A stretch of DNA of 64,000 nt from Sumerlaeia bacterium (GTDB lineage: Bacteria; Sumerlaeota; Sumerlaeia; SLMS01; JAHLLQ01). The position numbers and the translations under genes were made by a program. The stretch is from contig JAVJSW010000049.1 in the NCBI GenBank assembly GCA_040219255.1, positions 64,001 to 128,000 on the forward strand. The letters run 5' to 3'. This document shows, piece by piece, positions 9,169 to 18,602 of the stretch (within the stretch, counting starts at the first letter, position 1; every line of letters starts with the position of its first letter). The notes under the pieces were generated by a model that was not told the DNA's origin, searched no databases, and saw only the letters and a list, made by a program, of their open reading frames with translations.

Positions 9169-11175
9169 CTACGCCAGCGACGCCACCGCGTCTTCCAACT
9201 CCTCCGCCTCCACCTGCGCCGTGACCCATCGCTCCTCGGTCTTTTCCAGGTCGCTGCGGATCTGCTCCAACTCGGCGGTCAGCCCGGCCAGCTTGGGCGC
9301 GTCCGTCGCCACCGCCGGATCCGCCATTTCGGTTTCCAGGTCGCGGCGCCGCTGCTCCAGGCGGGTCTGATTCTCTTCCAACTCCTGAAGCTCTTTCGAG
9401 ATTTTCTTGAGCTGCTTTTGCAGGTCGTTGCGCTCGTTCCGGCGGAGCCGTTTCTCCTCGGCGGACAGCTCCCGTTTGGGAGCTTCCATCTGCGCTGCGG
9501 AGCCGTTTGAGTTGGGTACGGAAAGCGCCGGTCCGGAGGAGACTTTCTGCGCTTTGCCTTCTTCCTGCAAAGCCTTCAGCGACAGGTACGTCTCGAAATC
9601 GCCGGGGTAATCGTGAAGCTGCCCGTCGCGCACCTCCACCACCCGCGTCGCCACGTTGTCCAGGAAGTACCGGTCGTGGCTCACGATGACTACCGCGCCG
9701 TCGTACTGGCGCAGCGCGTTCTCCAATGTCAGGCGGCTGCCGATGTCGAGGTGGTTGGTCGGTTCGTCGAGCAGCAGCAGGTTCGAAGACCCGCACAGCA
9801 TCTTCGCCAGGCGCAGACGCGTTTTCTCGCCGCCGGAAAGCATCGCGATGGACTTCTGGACGTCGTCGCCGCGAAAGAGAAACGCGCCTAGAATGTCGCG
9901 CGACCGGTCGCTCACCGACAGGGGAGCGCTGCTCTGGAACTCGCCGAGTACCGTATTCGCCGGGTGCAGGTCCTCGTAGTCGTACTGGGCGAAGTATTCG
10001 AGCGAGACGTTGCTGCCGAGCGCCAACTTACCCGAATCGGGCTTCAGCTTGCCCGCCAGGAGCTTCATGAACGTGGACTTGCCCGCGCCGTTCACGCCCA
10101 CCAGGGCGACTTTCTCGCCGCGATAGAGGGTGAAGTCCACATGGTCGAGAACGTGGTTCCGGCCAAACGCCTTGTCCACCTTCTCGACGGCCACCACTTC
10201 CTTGCCGCAGCGCGGGGCGCTCGGGAACTTGAACGCGATGGTGCCCTCCGCGTCCTCCGGCGGTTCGATCATCTCCAGCTTCTCGAGCTGCTTGACGCGG
10301 CTCTGCACCAGCGCCGCCTTGCTCGCCTGATAGCGGAAGCGGTCGATGAAGGCCTGCACGTGGGAAATCGCCTGCTGCTGATTCTCGTAGGCGCGGCGCT
10401 GCATTTCCCGCATTTCGTCGCGCTTCGCCAGCGACTCGCTATAATTGCCGCGATAAATCACGGCGCGGCCACGCTCCAGCGCGATGGTCTTGTTCACCAG
10501 CTTGTCCATAAAGGCGCGCTCGTGGCTCACCATCAGGATCGAACCCTCGTGCTGCAGCAGCCAGTCGCCGAGCCACTCGATCGTTTCGATGTCCAGGTGG
10601 TTCGTCGGTTCGTCCAGCAGCAGGATGTCCGGGTTGCGCAGCAACAGCTTGCCCAGGGCGATGCGCATCTGCCAGCCGCCGGAGAAATCCCGGCAGCGCT
10701 TCTGCAAATCCGCCGGTCCAAAGCCCAGCCCCGCGAGCACTTTGGCGATGTGCGAGTCCATACTGTGCACATCGCGGCGCATCGTTTCGTGCAGCAGATA
10801 ATCGTAGCGCTCGGCGATCTTTTCGTATTCCGGACCGTGGTGATCGGTGATTTCCGTCATCCGATGTTCCAGCTCGCGCATCTCCGCCTCATAGGCCAGC
10901 GCTTCCTTGAACACCGTGCGGCACTCTTCTTCGACTGTGTTGGGCGTATCCAGGGTCAGTTCCTGGGGCAGGTAGCCGATTTCGTTGCCCTTGCCGGTGG
11001 AGACGTTGCCCGTCTCCGGCTTCAGGATCCCGGCGACGATTTTGATCAGGGTGGATTTCCCGGCCCCGTTGGGGCCGACGATGGCGCAGCGCTCGCCGTC
11101 CTCGACGCGAAAGCTGGCGTCTCGGAGGATGTGGCGGGCGGCAAAGTGGAGGTTGACGTTAATGACTTCGAACAT
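9169..11175 (-). CDS. ABC-F family ATP-binding protein (ribosome-associated, YheS/Uup-like)
   Basis: Two ABC cassettes (GPNGAGKST, FSGGWQMR, LLLDEPTNHLD; GVNGAGKST, LSGGEK, LLDEPTNHLD), no TM segments, C-terminal coiled coil. Confidence 0.95.
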   Translation of the reverse strand: MFEVINVNLHFAARHILRDASFRVEDGERCAIVGPNGAGKSTLIKIVAGILKPETGNVSTGKGNEIGYLPQELTLDTPNTVEEECRTVFKEALAYEAEMRELEHRMTEITDHHGPEYEKIAERYDYLLHETMRRDVHSMDSHIAKVLAGLGFGPADLQKRCRDFSGGWQMRIALGKLLLRNPDILLLDEPTNHLDIETIEWLGDWLLQHEGSILMVSHERAFMDKLVNKTIALERGRAVIYRGNYSESLAKRDEMREMQRRAYENQQQAISHVQAFIDRFRYQASKAALVQSRVKQLEKLEMIEPPEDAEGTIAFKFPSAPRCGKEVVAVEKVDKAFGRNHVLDHVDFTLYRGEKVALVGVNGAGKSTFMKLLAGKLKPDSGKLALGSNVSLEYFAQYDYEDLHPANTVLGEFQSSAPLSVSDRSRDILGAFLFRGDDVQKSIAMLSGGEKTRLRLAKMLCGSSNLLLLDEPTNHLDIGSRLTLENALRQYDGAVVIVSHDRYFLDNVATRVVEVRDGQLHDYPGDFETYLSLKALQEEGKAQKVSSGPALSVPNSNGSAAQMEAPKRELSAEEKRLRRNERNDLQKQLKKISKELQELEENQTRLEQRRRDLETEMADPAVATDAPKLAGLTAELEQIRSDLEKTEERWVTAQVEAEELEDAVASLA

Positions 11176-11401
11176 AGCGGCGGGACACTAGGCAGAGGGG
11201 GGCTGTCCAGGCAACGGGCAAAGTGGAGTCTTTCTGTGGTTTTTCTCGGTCGCCGCGAAAGCGTTCTCAGCGCCTTTGAATACCGCCCCCACCAGGGCGG
11301 TAGGGGCTGCGGCTTTGCCAAGCCCGACTGAAGGATTGCGCCCCGCTTCGCCGCGTGCCAATTCCTTGTCCCATCCCGCCGAGGAAGGAGCCCGCCGCGC
11401 C

Positions 11402-11968
11402 GTGGCTGATTCCGCTAAAGTCTTCGCGATCGAACGACCGCACGTGAACCTCATCAAGCTCTACATTCTGCGGTCCTGCATCCTGCCGCCGTTGAGTTTC
11501 ATCGGCTTGCCGCTGCTCTATTTCCGCTACCACACCATGCGCTATCGTTTCGACGACGAGGGCATCGGCATGAAGTGGGGCATCCTGTTCCGCCGCGAGG
11601 TCAACCTGACCTACGCCCGTATCCAGGACATCCACATCACCGCCGGGCCCGTGCAGCGCTGGCTCGGCCTCGCCGACATCCACATCCAGACCGCCTCCGG
11701 CAGCGCGGCGGCGGAAATGACCATCGAGGGCCTGCAGGAGTTCGAGGAAATCCGCGACTTCCTCTATGAGAAAATGCGCGGCGTGAAGGACGAGAAGAAA
11801 GCCCGCGCCGCCGGGGAGCTGCCCGGGGCGGCGGCAGGAGCGGCCGCGGCGCCGGGGATGTCTCCGGCCGAGAGTACCCAGCTCGTCACGGCACTCGCTG
11901 AAGTCCGCGACGAACTGCGCGGAGCCCGCGCGGCGCTCGAGCGCCTCGCCCCTGGCGGGGAGGGATAA
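11402..11968 (+). CDS. Bacterial PH domain (bPH_2, YdbS-like) membrane protein
   Basis: YRFDDEGIGMKWGILFRREVNLTYARIQDIHITAGPVQRWLGLADIHIQTASG; GTG start after GAGGAAGGAG. Confidence 0.85.
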   Translation: MADSAKVFAIERPHVNLIKLYILRSCILPPLSFIGLPLLYFRYHTMRYRFDDEGIGMKWGILFRREVNLTYARIQDIHITAGPVQRWLGLADIHIQTASGSAAAEMTIEGLQEFEEIRDFLYEKMRGVKDEKKARAAGELPGAAAGAAAAPGMSPAESTQLVTALAEVRDELRGARAALERLAPGGEG

Positions 11969-11971
11969 GCC

Positions 11972-12805
11972 ATGTACAGTCTCCTCAAAGCCCCCATCCT
12001 GAAAATCCTCAAGGTTCCGCCCGAGCCCGAGGACCCCTTTGGCAACAGCCGCAGCCTGAAAGTCTTTCGCGCCGCGGAAGGCTATTTCCACTACAAACTC
12101 ATCACCTTCCTCATCGGACAGCTTTTCGCCTTCATCGGCCTCGTGGTCGGTGTCGTGATTTTCTTCATCGCGGTGTCCTCGGAAATCCAGGACCCGACTC
12201 TGCGCACGATCGTTCTCGTGATCGAGGTCGGCGCCGTCCTGTTCTTTTTCCTCCAGTTGCTCTTGAATCTGGCGTTGCTTCGGCTCGAATACGAACTGCG
12301 CTGGTATAAGATCACGGACCGCAGTTTGCGTATCCGCGAGGGCGTCTGGAGCGTGCGGGAAATGACCATGTCCTTCGCCAACATCCAAAACATCTCGATC
12401 AGCCAGGGGCCGCTCCAGCGGCTCTTCAAGATCGCCGACCTCAAGGTCCAAAGCGCCGGCGGCGGCGGCGTGGTGGAAGCCCAGCAGGCCCAGCAGTCGG
12501 GCGCCGTGAACATGCACCTCGGCTATTTCCGCGGCGTGGACAACGCCGAGGAAATCCGCGACCTGATGCGCGAGCGCCTGCGCCGCCTGCGCGACTCCGG
12601 CCTGGGCGATCATGACGAATCGGCCGACGAAGTCCCCGCGGATGTGACGCCCCCCACGCAGCCATCGCTCCAGATGCTCGACGGCACGGATTGGCAGGGA
12701 CTCCTGGCGGACCTGCGCGGCGAGGCCAAAGCCTTCCGCGCCGCCGCCGAGCGCCTCTCCTCCGCACCGCGACAATCCAACGGCGGGACAACCGAAACCT
12801 CTTGA
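11972..12805 (+). CDS. Bacterial PH domain (bPH_2) membrane protein
   Basis: Two TM helices, then YKITDRSLRIREGVWSVREMTMSFANIQNISISQGPLQRLFKIADLKVQSAGG; SD GGAGGG. Confidence 0.85.
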   Translation: MYSLLKAPILKILKVPPEPEDPFGNSRSLKVFRAAEGYFHYKLITFLIGQLFAFIGLVVGVVIFFIAVSSEIQDPTLRTIVLVIEVGAVLFFFLQLLLNLALLRLEYELRWYKITDRSLRIREGVWSVREMTMSFANIQNISISQGPLQRLFKIADLKVQSAGGGGVVEAQQAQQSGAVNMHLGYFRGVDNAEEIRDLMRERLRRLRDSGLGDHDESADEVPADVTPPTQPSLQMLDGTDWQGLLADLRGEAKAFRAAAERLSSAPRQSNGGTTETS

Positions 12806-13539
12806 ACGAAACCGTCTCTCTCTACTCCCACATCGCCACCACCCACGGCCTCACCGGCCTCTTCGCCAAGGTCACGCTGCTGGCGGTTCTCGGCGCCGTC
12901 GCCGGAGGCAATAGAAAACCTGGCCAACAACTCCTGACGCTCACCTTCGCGGCGATGTTTTTCGTCAGCTTTTTCAGCCTCACCGCGTGGCTGCCTCCGG
13001 GGACGCAGACGCCTCTCATCCCGAGCGCGCTGATGCTGACGCTGGCGCTGACCTTTGGCATCGCGGCCTTCAAGCCCGAGGGCGAGTGGGCCGTCAAGTC
13101 GCCGGTGGGTTGGAAGAACGCGCTGGCCTACTTGGCGCTGGCGTTCGCATTCTACTACCCGGTCTTCCGGCCCGAACGATGGATCGCCAACTTGTTCCTC
13201 TCCCCCACCGGCGCCCTCCCCCAACCCGCGCTGCTGGTGGCGGCCGTGGTCACCTGGCAGAGCGCCCCCAACGCCCCCCGGCTGGCCGGCTGGGCGGCCA
13301 GCGTCGGCGCCCTGATCCTCGGCGCGGTCGACGTCTTTCTCTTTGGCCTCATGTCCTCCACGGTCCTGATCGCCGCGGGCGGGCTGGCGATTTTCAGCCT
13401 GATCCGCGGCACGGTGAAAGCCGGCGGCATCCTGGAAGACGACATCCCGCCAAAAGACATCGCCCGCGCCCAAACCCGCAAAGCGGTCGTGAAGAAAAAG
13501 TCCAAGGAACTCGAAGAGAGGCGCTGGAACCTGAAGTAG
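12802..13539 (+). CDS. Hypothetical multi-pass membrane protein
   Basis: About 7 hydrophobic segments; TTG start overlaps the previous TGA (TTGA coupling); basic C-tail. Confidence 0.7.
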   Translation: MNETVSLYSHIATTHGLTGLFAKVTLLAVLGAVAGGNRKPGQQLLTLTFAAMFFVSFFSLTAWLPPGTQTPLIPSALMLTLALTFGIAAFKPEGEWAVKSPVGWKNALAYLALAFAFYYPVFRPERWIANLFLSPTGALPQPALLVAAVVTWQSAPNAPRLAGWAASVGALILGAVDVFLFGLMSSTVLIAAGGLAIFSLIRGTVKAGGILEDDIPPKDIARAQTRKAVVKKKSKELEERRWNLK

Positions 13540-13674
13540 CGGTACCGCTCCAAGACGTGTCGTAGGCGTTTTCCATCGTTCGGACGTGCTTGACAAAGTC
13601 CAAACCTCAACGCAACTTTTTGGAGGTGCTAAAGGAGCACGACCGAGGAATAAGTCAGGAGGTTGCATTCGGAA

Positions 13675-14067
13675 ATGGGTTTGCTGCCGAGTCAAGAAGC
13701 GGAACTGCACGCGTCGGCCGTCATCGGGGCCGCCAACGAAGTCCACAATGTCCTGGGTCCGGGCTACAAGAAGCCGGTCTATCGGGAAGCCTTTCGCGAT
13801 GAATTGGCGAGCCGGGGCGTCCCTTTTCTCCTCAATCCGGTTCTTTCCGTCTGCTACAAGGGGCGCGTCGTCGGCGAAGAAAAGCTCGATTTCCTCGTCG
13901 GCCACGACGTCCTGATCGACGTCTTCGACGACGAATACGAGCCGATGCAGGCCTTTAAGATGCGCTCGCGTCTGGTGGCGACCAAGATGTGCATGGGGAT
14001 GCTGATCAACTTCAACGTGCCCGAGATGGTGTTCGGCATCCGCCGCATCTGGCCCAAGGCGGCTTGA
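13675..14067 (+). CDS. GxxExxY-family (PD-(D/E)XK-like) protein with degenerate catalytic motifs
   Basis: VIGAANEVHNVLGPG...Y, YKG, DFLV and GMLINFN...GIRRI match the family scaffold; SD AGGAGG upstream; TTGACA at 13590. Confidence 0.8.
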   Translation: MGLLPSQEAELHASAVIGAANEVHNVLGPGYKKPVYREAFRDELASRGVPFLLNPVLSVCYKGRVVGEEKLDFLVGHDVLIDVFDDEYEPMQAFKMRSRLVATKMCMGMLINFNVPEMVFGIRRIWPKAA

Positions 14068-14137
14068 CGCCGGCGCGGCCCCTTTCCATGGGTGGGGCAG
14101 CCCCTGTGGACGCACCCGCCCGCGCGAAAGCCCGCCG

Positions 14138-15349
14138 ATGACAACTTCTGAAAATTCAACGCCCCCCGCCTTCGATTGGCGGGGCCGCAATGTCGTCTGC
14201 TTTTCCACCGCCGACTGGGACACGCTCTTGCCCACGAACAAGCACCACCTGATGCGGCGGCTGGCGGCGCGCGGGGCGAGGGTGCTGTTCCTGGAAACGC
14301 TCGGGACCCGGGCGCCGAGACTTGCCTCCGGCGTGGATCTGGCCCGCATCGGCCGACGCCTGGGCCGCGCCGCCAAGGGCCCGCAGAAGCGCGAAAACCG
14401 CCTCTACAGCCTCTCGCCCCTCGTGCGGCCCCGCTGGGCCAATCCGGTGGACCGGGCGTTGAACCGCGCCGCCTTCCTGGCCCAGGCCGGGCCGTCGCTC
14501 CGCCGGATGCCCGATGCCATTGCCTGGATCTATTCGCCTTACGCGATCTATCTCCTGGACCAGGTCAAGCCCGCCAAGGTTGTCTATCACATGGTGGACG
14601 ACTTGACGGCGGTGCCCGGCGCGGATCGCGACGCGATGGCCGAGGCCGAGCGGGCGCTGCTGCGACGGGCGGATTGTGTGTTCTGTACCGAGCGCTCGCT
14701 CCACGCGCGGGCTCTGCGCGAAAACCCGCGGGCGCTCTATATGCCCAACGTCGCGGATTTTGCCCATTTTTCCGAACCCCGCACCATGAGCCCGAACGAT
14801 GAGCGCCTGCGCCGCCTCCGCGAGATGGACGGCCCAAAGCTCGTCTTCAGCGGCCACATCACGCCCCATAAGACCGACCTGGAGTTGTTGGAGGTTCTCG
14901 CCCGCGAGCGCCCCGCCTGGCACTTCGTCCTCATCGGCCCCGTCTGGGAAGGCGCCGAACGCCCCGCCGCGCTCCAGGCCCTGGAGGGCCTGCCCAACGT
15001 CCAGTTCTTCGGCCATGTGGACTACGCGGACCTGCCCGCCTACCTGCACGAGGCCGGCGTGCTGATGATTCCCTACTCCGACACGCCCGCCACCCGCGCC
15101 GTTTTTCCGCTCAAGTTCTTCGAATACCTCGCCACGGGCCGACCGGTCGTCGTTTCGCCCCTGCCGTCGCTCAGCGAATACGCCGCCCTCGTCCCCATGG
15201 CGCACGCCCCGACGGCGTGGCTGGAGACACTGGAGCGGGTGCTCTCCGAGCCTGGCGAGGGCGCGCCGCAACGCATCGCCCTCGCGTGCGAGAACACCTG
15301 GGACACCCGTCTGCTCCAAATGGAGCGGGCGCTCACCCAGATTTCTTAG
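14138..15349 (+). CDS. Glycosyltransferase (GT4-like, TuaH-type)
   Basis: STADWD...KHHLMRRLA, VYHMVDD, PNVADFAHF, FPLKFFEYLATGRPVV. Confidence 0.9.
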   Translation: MTTSENSTPPAFDWRGRNVVCFSTADWDTLLPTNKHHLMRRLAARGARVLFLETLGTRAPRLASGVDLARIGRRLGRAAKGPQKRENRLYSLSPLVRPRWANPVDRALNRAAFLAQAGPSLRRMPDAIAWIYSPYAIYLLDQVKPAKVVYHMVDDLTAVPGADRDAMAEAERALLRRADCVFCTERSLHARALRENPRALYMPNVADFAHFSEPRTMSPNDERLRRLREMDGPKLVFSGHITPHKTDLELLEVLARERPAWHFVLIGPVWEGAERPAALQALEGLPNVQFFGHVDYADLPAYLHEAGVLMIPYSDTPATRAVFPLKFFEYLATGRPVVVSPLPSLSEYAALVPMAHAPTAWLETLERVLSEPGEGAPQRIALACENTWDTRLLQMERALTQIS

Positions 15350-15359
15350 GCGGCTTCGC

Positions 15360-17165
15360 TCAGTCCAACTCGTCCAGATCCAAATCCTCCAGCGGCCGTT
15401 TCGGCGGCCTCGCTGGCGGAGGCGGCGGAGGCGGCGGCGGCTGAGCCGAAGGGTTCGTTTCGCCCTTCGTCGTCCCCGGAGGCGCGCCCCCCGGTGTGTC
15501 GAAGATGCGGTACTTGATTTCCGTGGAAGGCCGTTGCTGAGGCCCCTGCGGCGCGGCCGGCGGCGGCGCGGGACCCGACCCGCCGGTCGGTTTCGGCGGC
15601 ATCGCGGGCCGGGGCTGAGCACCCGGATCGTTGCGGGGCGCCTGCGGACGCGGAGGCAGGGGCACGTTCTCAGCGCCATGGGGCGGCGGCGGCGCGCCCA
15701 GCGACACTGCGAATTGCTGCACCGGCGTGTTGACCGGTGCGCGCGGGGGCTGGGCGGGACGTCCAGAAACCGGCGGAGCCCCCTCTCCCGGCGAGGTGTC
15801 GCCCCCGCCGTGGGAGGCCGCGTCCATCATCGCCTGCAGATTGCGTTGCGAACGTTGCGCCGGCGGACGCGGTGCCCGGTCCGTATCCCGCTCCTTGCGG
15901 CCCCGGGGGCGAGCCAGGGGAACCTTCAACCTCTCCGGATCGATGCTCAGCGGCGGCACGCCTTCGTTCGAATAGGTGATTTCCAGACCGCTCCCGAACT
16001 TGCTGGCGAGACTGATGCGTTGCGGAACCTCGAAATCGCCCTCGATCGTTTCCCACGGATCGTCCAGGTTGGTCCATTCCGACCCCGTGGTGACACCGAT
16101 GCCGCGAAACTTCATCTGCAAATCGTCCGCGCTGTCCGCCGCGTTCAACGCGTCGTCGAGCGTGATCTGGCCCTGCTTCACCAGGCGGTACAGCGCCAGG
16201 TCGAAGCTCTGGATTCCATAGCTGTTCTCCGCCTGAAGGGCTTCCTTGAGTTCCGACATGTCTCCCTTGCGGATCATCGCGGAGATGTGAGGCGCGTTCA
16301 CCAGCACCTCGACCGCCGCCACACGGCCGCCGTTGGTGCGGGGCACCAGGCGCTGGCAAATGATCGCCCTCAGGTTCAGCGACATCTGAAGGTAAATCTG
16401 CTCCTTCGCGCTTCCCGGATAGAACCCCGGAATGCGCTCCACCGCCAACAGCGCGTTCGTCGAGTGCAGCGTCGCCATCACCAGGTGGCCCGTCTCCGCC
16501 GCGTGCATGGCGAAACGCACCGACTCCTCGTCGCGCATTTCACCGATACAGATGACCTCCGGCGCCTGACGCAGACTGCTCCGCATCGCCTGATGAAAGG
16601 AATCGGTGTCGATGCCCACCTCCCGCTGCGTGATGATGCAGCGCCGGTGCTGGAATACGTACTCGACCGGATCCTCGATGGTGACGATGTGCCCGGGCAG
16701 GATGTGGTTGCGGTAGTCGATCAGCGACGCCATCGTCGTCGATTTGCCCGACCCCGTGGACCCAGTGACGATCACGATGCCCCGGTCGCCGAGGGAAATC
16801 TCGCGCAACACCGGCGGCAGCCCGAGCTGGCGCATCGTCGGCACGCTCATGGAAACCCGCCGCATCACGATGCCGATCGAACCGCGCTGCCAGTAAACGC
16901 TCACCCGGAAGCGTCCGATCTTCGGGTCCATGTACGACAGGTTCGCTTCGCGCTCGCGCTCGAAATCCTCCCATTGATCCACCGACATCAATTGCCGCGC
17001 GAAATCCTCCAGCGTGAACGGATCGATCCGCAGGCCCTTCGAGGTCTGCATCGGGTAGTAGCCGCCGTCGCAGGAAATGCAGGGAACCGCCCCAGCCACG
17101 AAGTAAATGTCGGACGCGCCCGCCTCGGTCGCTTCGCTCAGAAAGTCTTCCAGTTTTGCCGTCAC
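15360..17165 (-). CDS. PilT/PilU-family type IV pilus retraction ATPase with long Pro-rich C-terminal extension
   Basis: Walker A GSTGSGKST, TIEDPVE, QREVGIDT, LRQAPEVICIGEMRD, GHLVMATLH. The PilT AIRNLIRE motif is replaced by HISAMIRK, which is more PilU-like. Confidence 0.92.
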   Translation of the reverse strand: MTAKLEDFLSEATEAGASDIYFVAGAVPCISCDGGYYPMQTSKGLRIDPFTLEDFARQLMSVDQWEDFEREREANLSYMDPKIGRFRVSVYWQRGSIGIVMRRVSMSVPTMRQLGLPPVLREISLGDRGIVIVTGSTGSGKSTTMASLIDYRNHILPGHIVTIEDPVEYVFQHRRCIITQREVGIDTDSFHQAMRSSLRQAPEVICIGEMRDEESVRFAMHAAETGHLVMATLHSTNALLAVERIPGFYPGSAKEQIYLQMSLNLRAIICQRLVPRTNGGRVAAVEVLVNAPHISAMIRKGDMSELKEALQAENSYGIQSFDLALYRLVKQGQITLDDALNAADSADDLQMKFRGIGVTTGSEWTNLDDPWETIEGDFEVPQRISLASKFGSGLEITYSNEGVPPLSIDPERLKVPLARPRGRKERDTDRAPRPPAQRSQRNLQAMMDAASHGGGDTSPGEGAPPVSGRPAQPPRAPVNTPVQQFAVSLGAPPPPHGAENVPLPPRPQAPRNDPGAQPRPAMPPKPTGGSGPAPPPAAPQGPQQRPSTEIKYRIFDTPGGAPPGTTKGETNPSAQPPPPPPPPPARPPKRPLEDLDLDELD

Positions 17166-17288
17166 AAATGCGATTTCCCAATGAGTCTTGGATTTCGATC
17201 ACTACGGACTAATAGAAATAGGCACCCGAAGACCGCGTTGCAAGGACAGAAAGGGAGCCCATCCATCCAAAATCTCCGGCCACCCGCC

Positions 17289-18440
17289 TCACAGCACCCG
17301 CAGCTCTTTCGGCGACTTCGAAAGCACCCGGCAGCCCCCCTCTTCCACCACCACCAGATCCTCGATGCGCACGCCGCCGAATCCCGGGACGTAGATCCCC
17401 GGCTCGATCGTCATCACATTCCCCGGCACCAGCTTCACATCCTCATTCGTATCAGCGCTGAAGCGCGGAGACTCATGAATCTCCATCCCCACCGCATGGC
17501 CCAGCCCGTGGTTGAAATCCGGGAACCCGTGGCTCTTTACGATCTCGCGCGCCATGGCGTCCAATTCGCGGCAAATCGCCCCGGCGCGGCAGGCCTTGAT
17601 CACGGCCTCGTTGGCGTCCAGACACGCCGCGTACATCTTCTCGTAGTCCCTGCTGGCCTTGCCGATCACCGGGTTGCGCGTCAGATCCGAGCAATACCCA
17701 TCCACCACCGCCCCCAAGTCCACCGTCACCATATCGCCCTTCTTCATCTTGCGCTTGCCCGGCGAGTGATGCGGCCGCGAGGCGTTCGGCCCGCTCGCCA
17801 CGATGTTGGTAAAGGACTCGCCCCGCACGCCCAAATCCTCGGCGGCGCGCCGAATGGCCAGGCTGACTTCCCACTCGCGCACGCCCGAGCGGATGTTTTG
17901 AAAAGCCACCTCCATCATCTGGTCCGCGACTTTGGCCGCTTTGCGGATGGCCTTGATTTCCCCCGCGTCCTTGACCTGGCGCAATTCCTCCACCTGCCCG
18001 CTGACCTTCGCCAGCTTCGTCTTGGCGCCGGTGGTGCGCTCCTTCAGCTTATCGAAAGCATCGACGGACAGCGAACCCTCAAAGCCCAACTTCCCGTATC
18101 CCAGGTCTTTGAACAGGTCCTTGAAGAATTCGTCCTTGCCGCCCTTCGGTTCGGCCACGATCCGGGCGCTCGAACCACTCTCGGCCAGCAAACCCTCCGC
18201 GATTTCCCAGTACCGCCCATCGGTCACCAGCCGCGCCGCCTCGCCATCCACGATCAGCAGGCCGTGGCTCCCCGCGAAGCCCGTCAGGTAATTGATATTG
18301 ACGAGGTTCTGGATCAGCAGAGCGTCCACCTCGGCGGCGCGGATGCGCTCGCGCAGGCGCTCGAGCCGCTGCTCGACGACCGGCTTCCCGGCAGCGGTGG
18401 GGTCGGTCTTGGCGGTTTTCTTCGACGATTTCTTAGCCAT
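17289..18440 (-). CDS. Xaa-Pro aminopeptidase (M24 family)
   Basis: VDLGAVVDGYCSDLTR, HGLGHAVGMEIHE, TIEPGIY, GGVRIED; start at MAKKSSKK (ATG 18440). Confidence 0.93.
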   Translation of the reverse strand: MAKKSSKKTAKTDPTAAGKPVVEQRLERLRERIRAAEVDALLIQNLVNINYLTGFAGSHGLLIVDGEAARLVTDGRYWEIAEGLLAESGSSARIVAEPKGGKDEFFKDLFKDLGYGKLGFEGSLSVDAFDKLKERTTGAKTKLAKVSGQVEELRQVKDAGEIKAIRKAAKVADQMMEVAFQNIRSGVREWEVSLAIRRAAEDLGVRGESFTNIVASGPNASRPHHSPGKRKMKKGDMVTVDLGAVVDGYCSDLTRNPVIGKASRDYEKMYAACLDANEAVIKACRAGAICRELDAMAREIVKSHGFPDFNHGLGHAVGMEIHESPRFSADTNEDVKLVPGNVMTIEPGIYVPGFGGVRIEDLVVVEEGGCRVLSKSPKELRVL

Positions 18441-18602
18441 CGGTTCCTTGCTCCCGGAAAAAGCTGGGGCCGCATTGAACAGGATTTTCCGCCGCCCGGC
18501 ACAAGTTGAATCGCGGCGCGCGATTGACCGCTTGCCATCGCTCCGGCAGCCCCCGCACTCTGCCCCGTCCCTTCGCGCCCTAGGAAAGGCCCCCCCACCG
18601 CC

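Noticed and set aside
13510-13539. C-terminal WNLK as a fourth member of the Trp(-4) tail family
   Set aside because: It belongs to a polytopic membrane protein with a highly basic, probably cytoplasmic tail and no small/acidic linker. Probably coincidental; kept as a caveat.
15405-15445. GGC/GGA trinucleotide run
   Set aside because: Encodes the poly-proline tract of the PilU-like tail; no sign of a phase-variation tract.
15534-18509. 991-aa + strand ORF
   Set aside because: Antisense shadow of the PilU-like and M24 peptidase genes. It is Arg/His-rich with no motifs, typical of high-GC codon bias.
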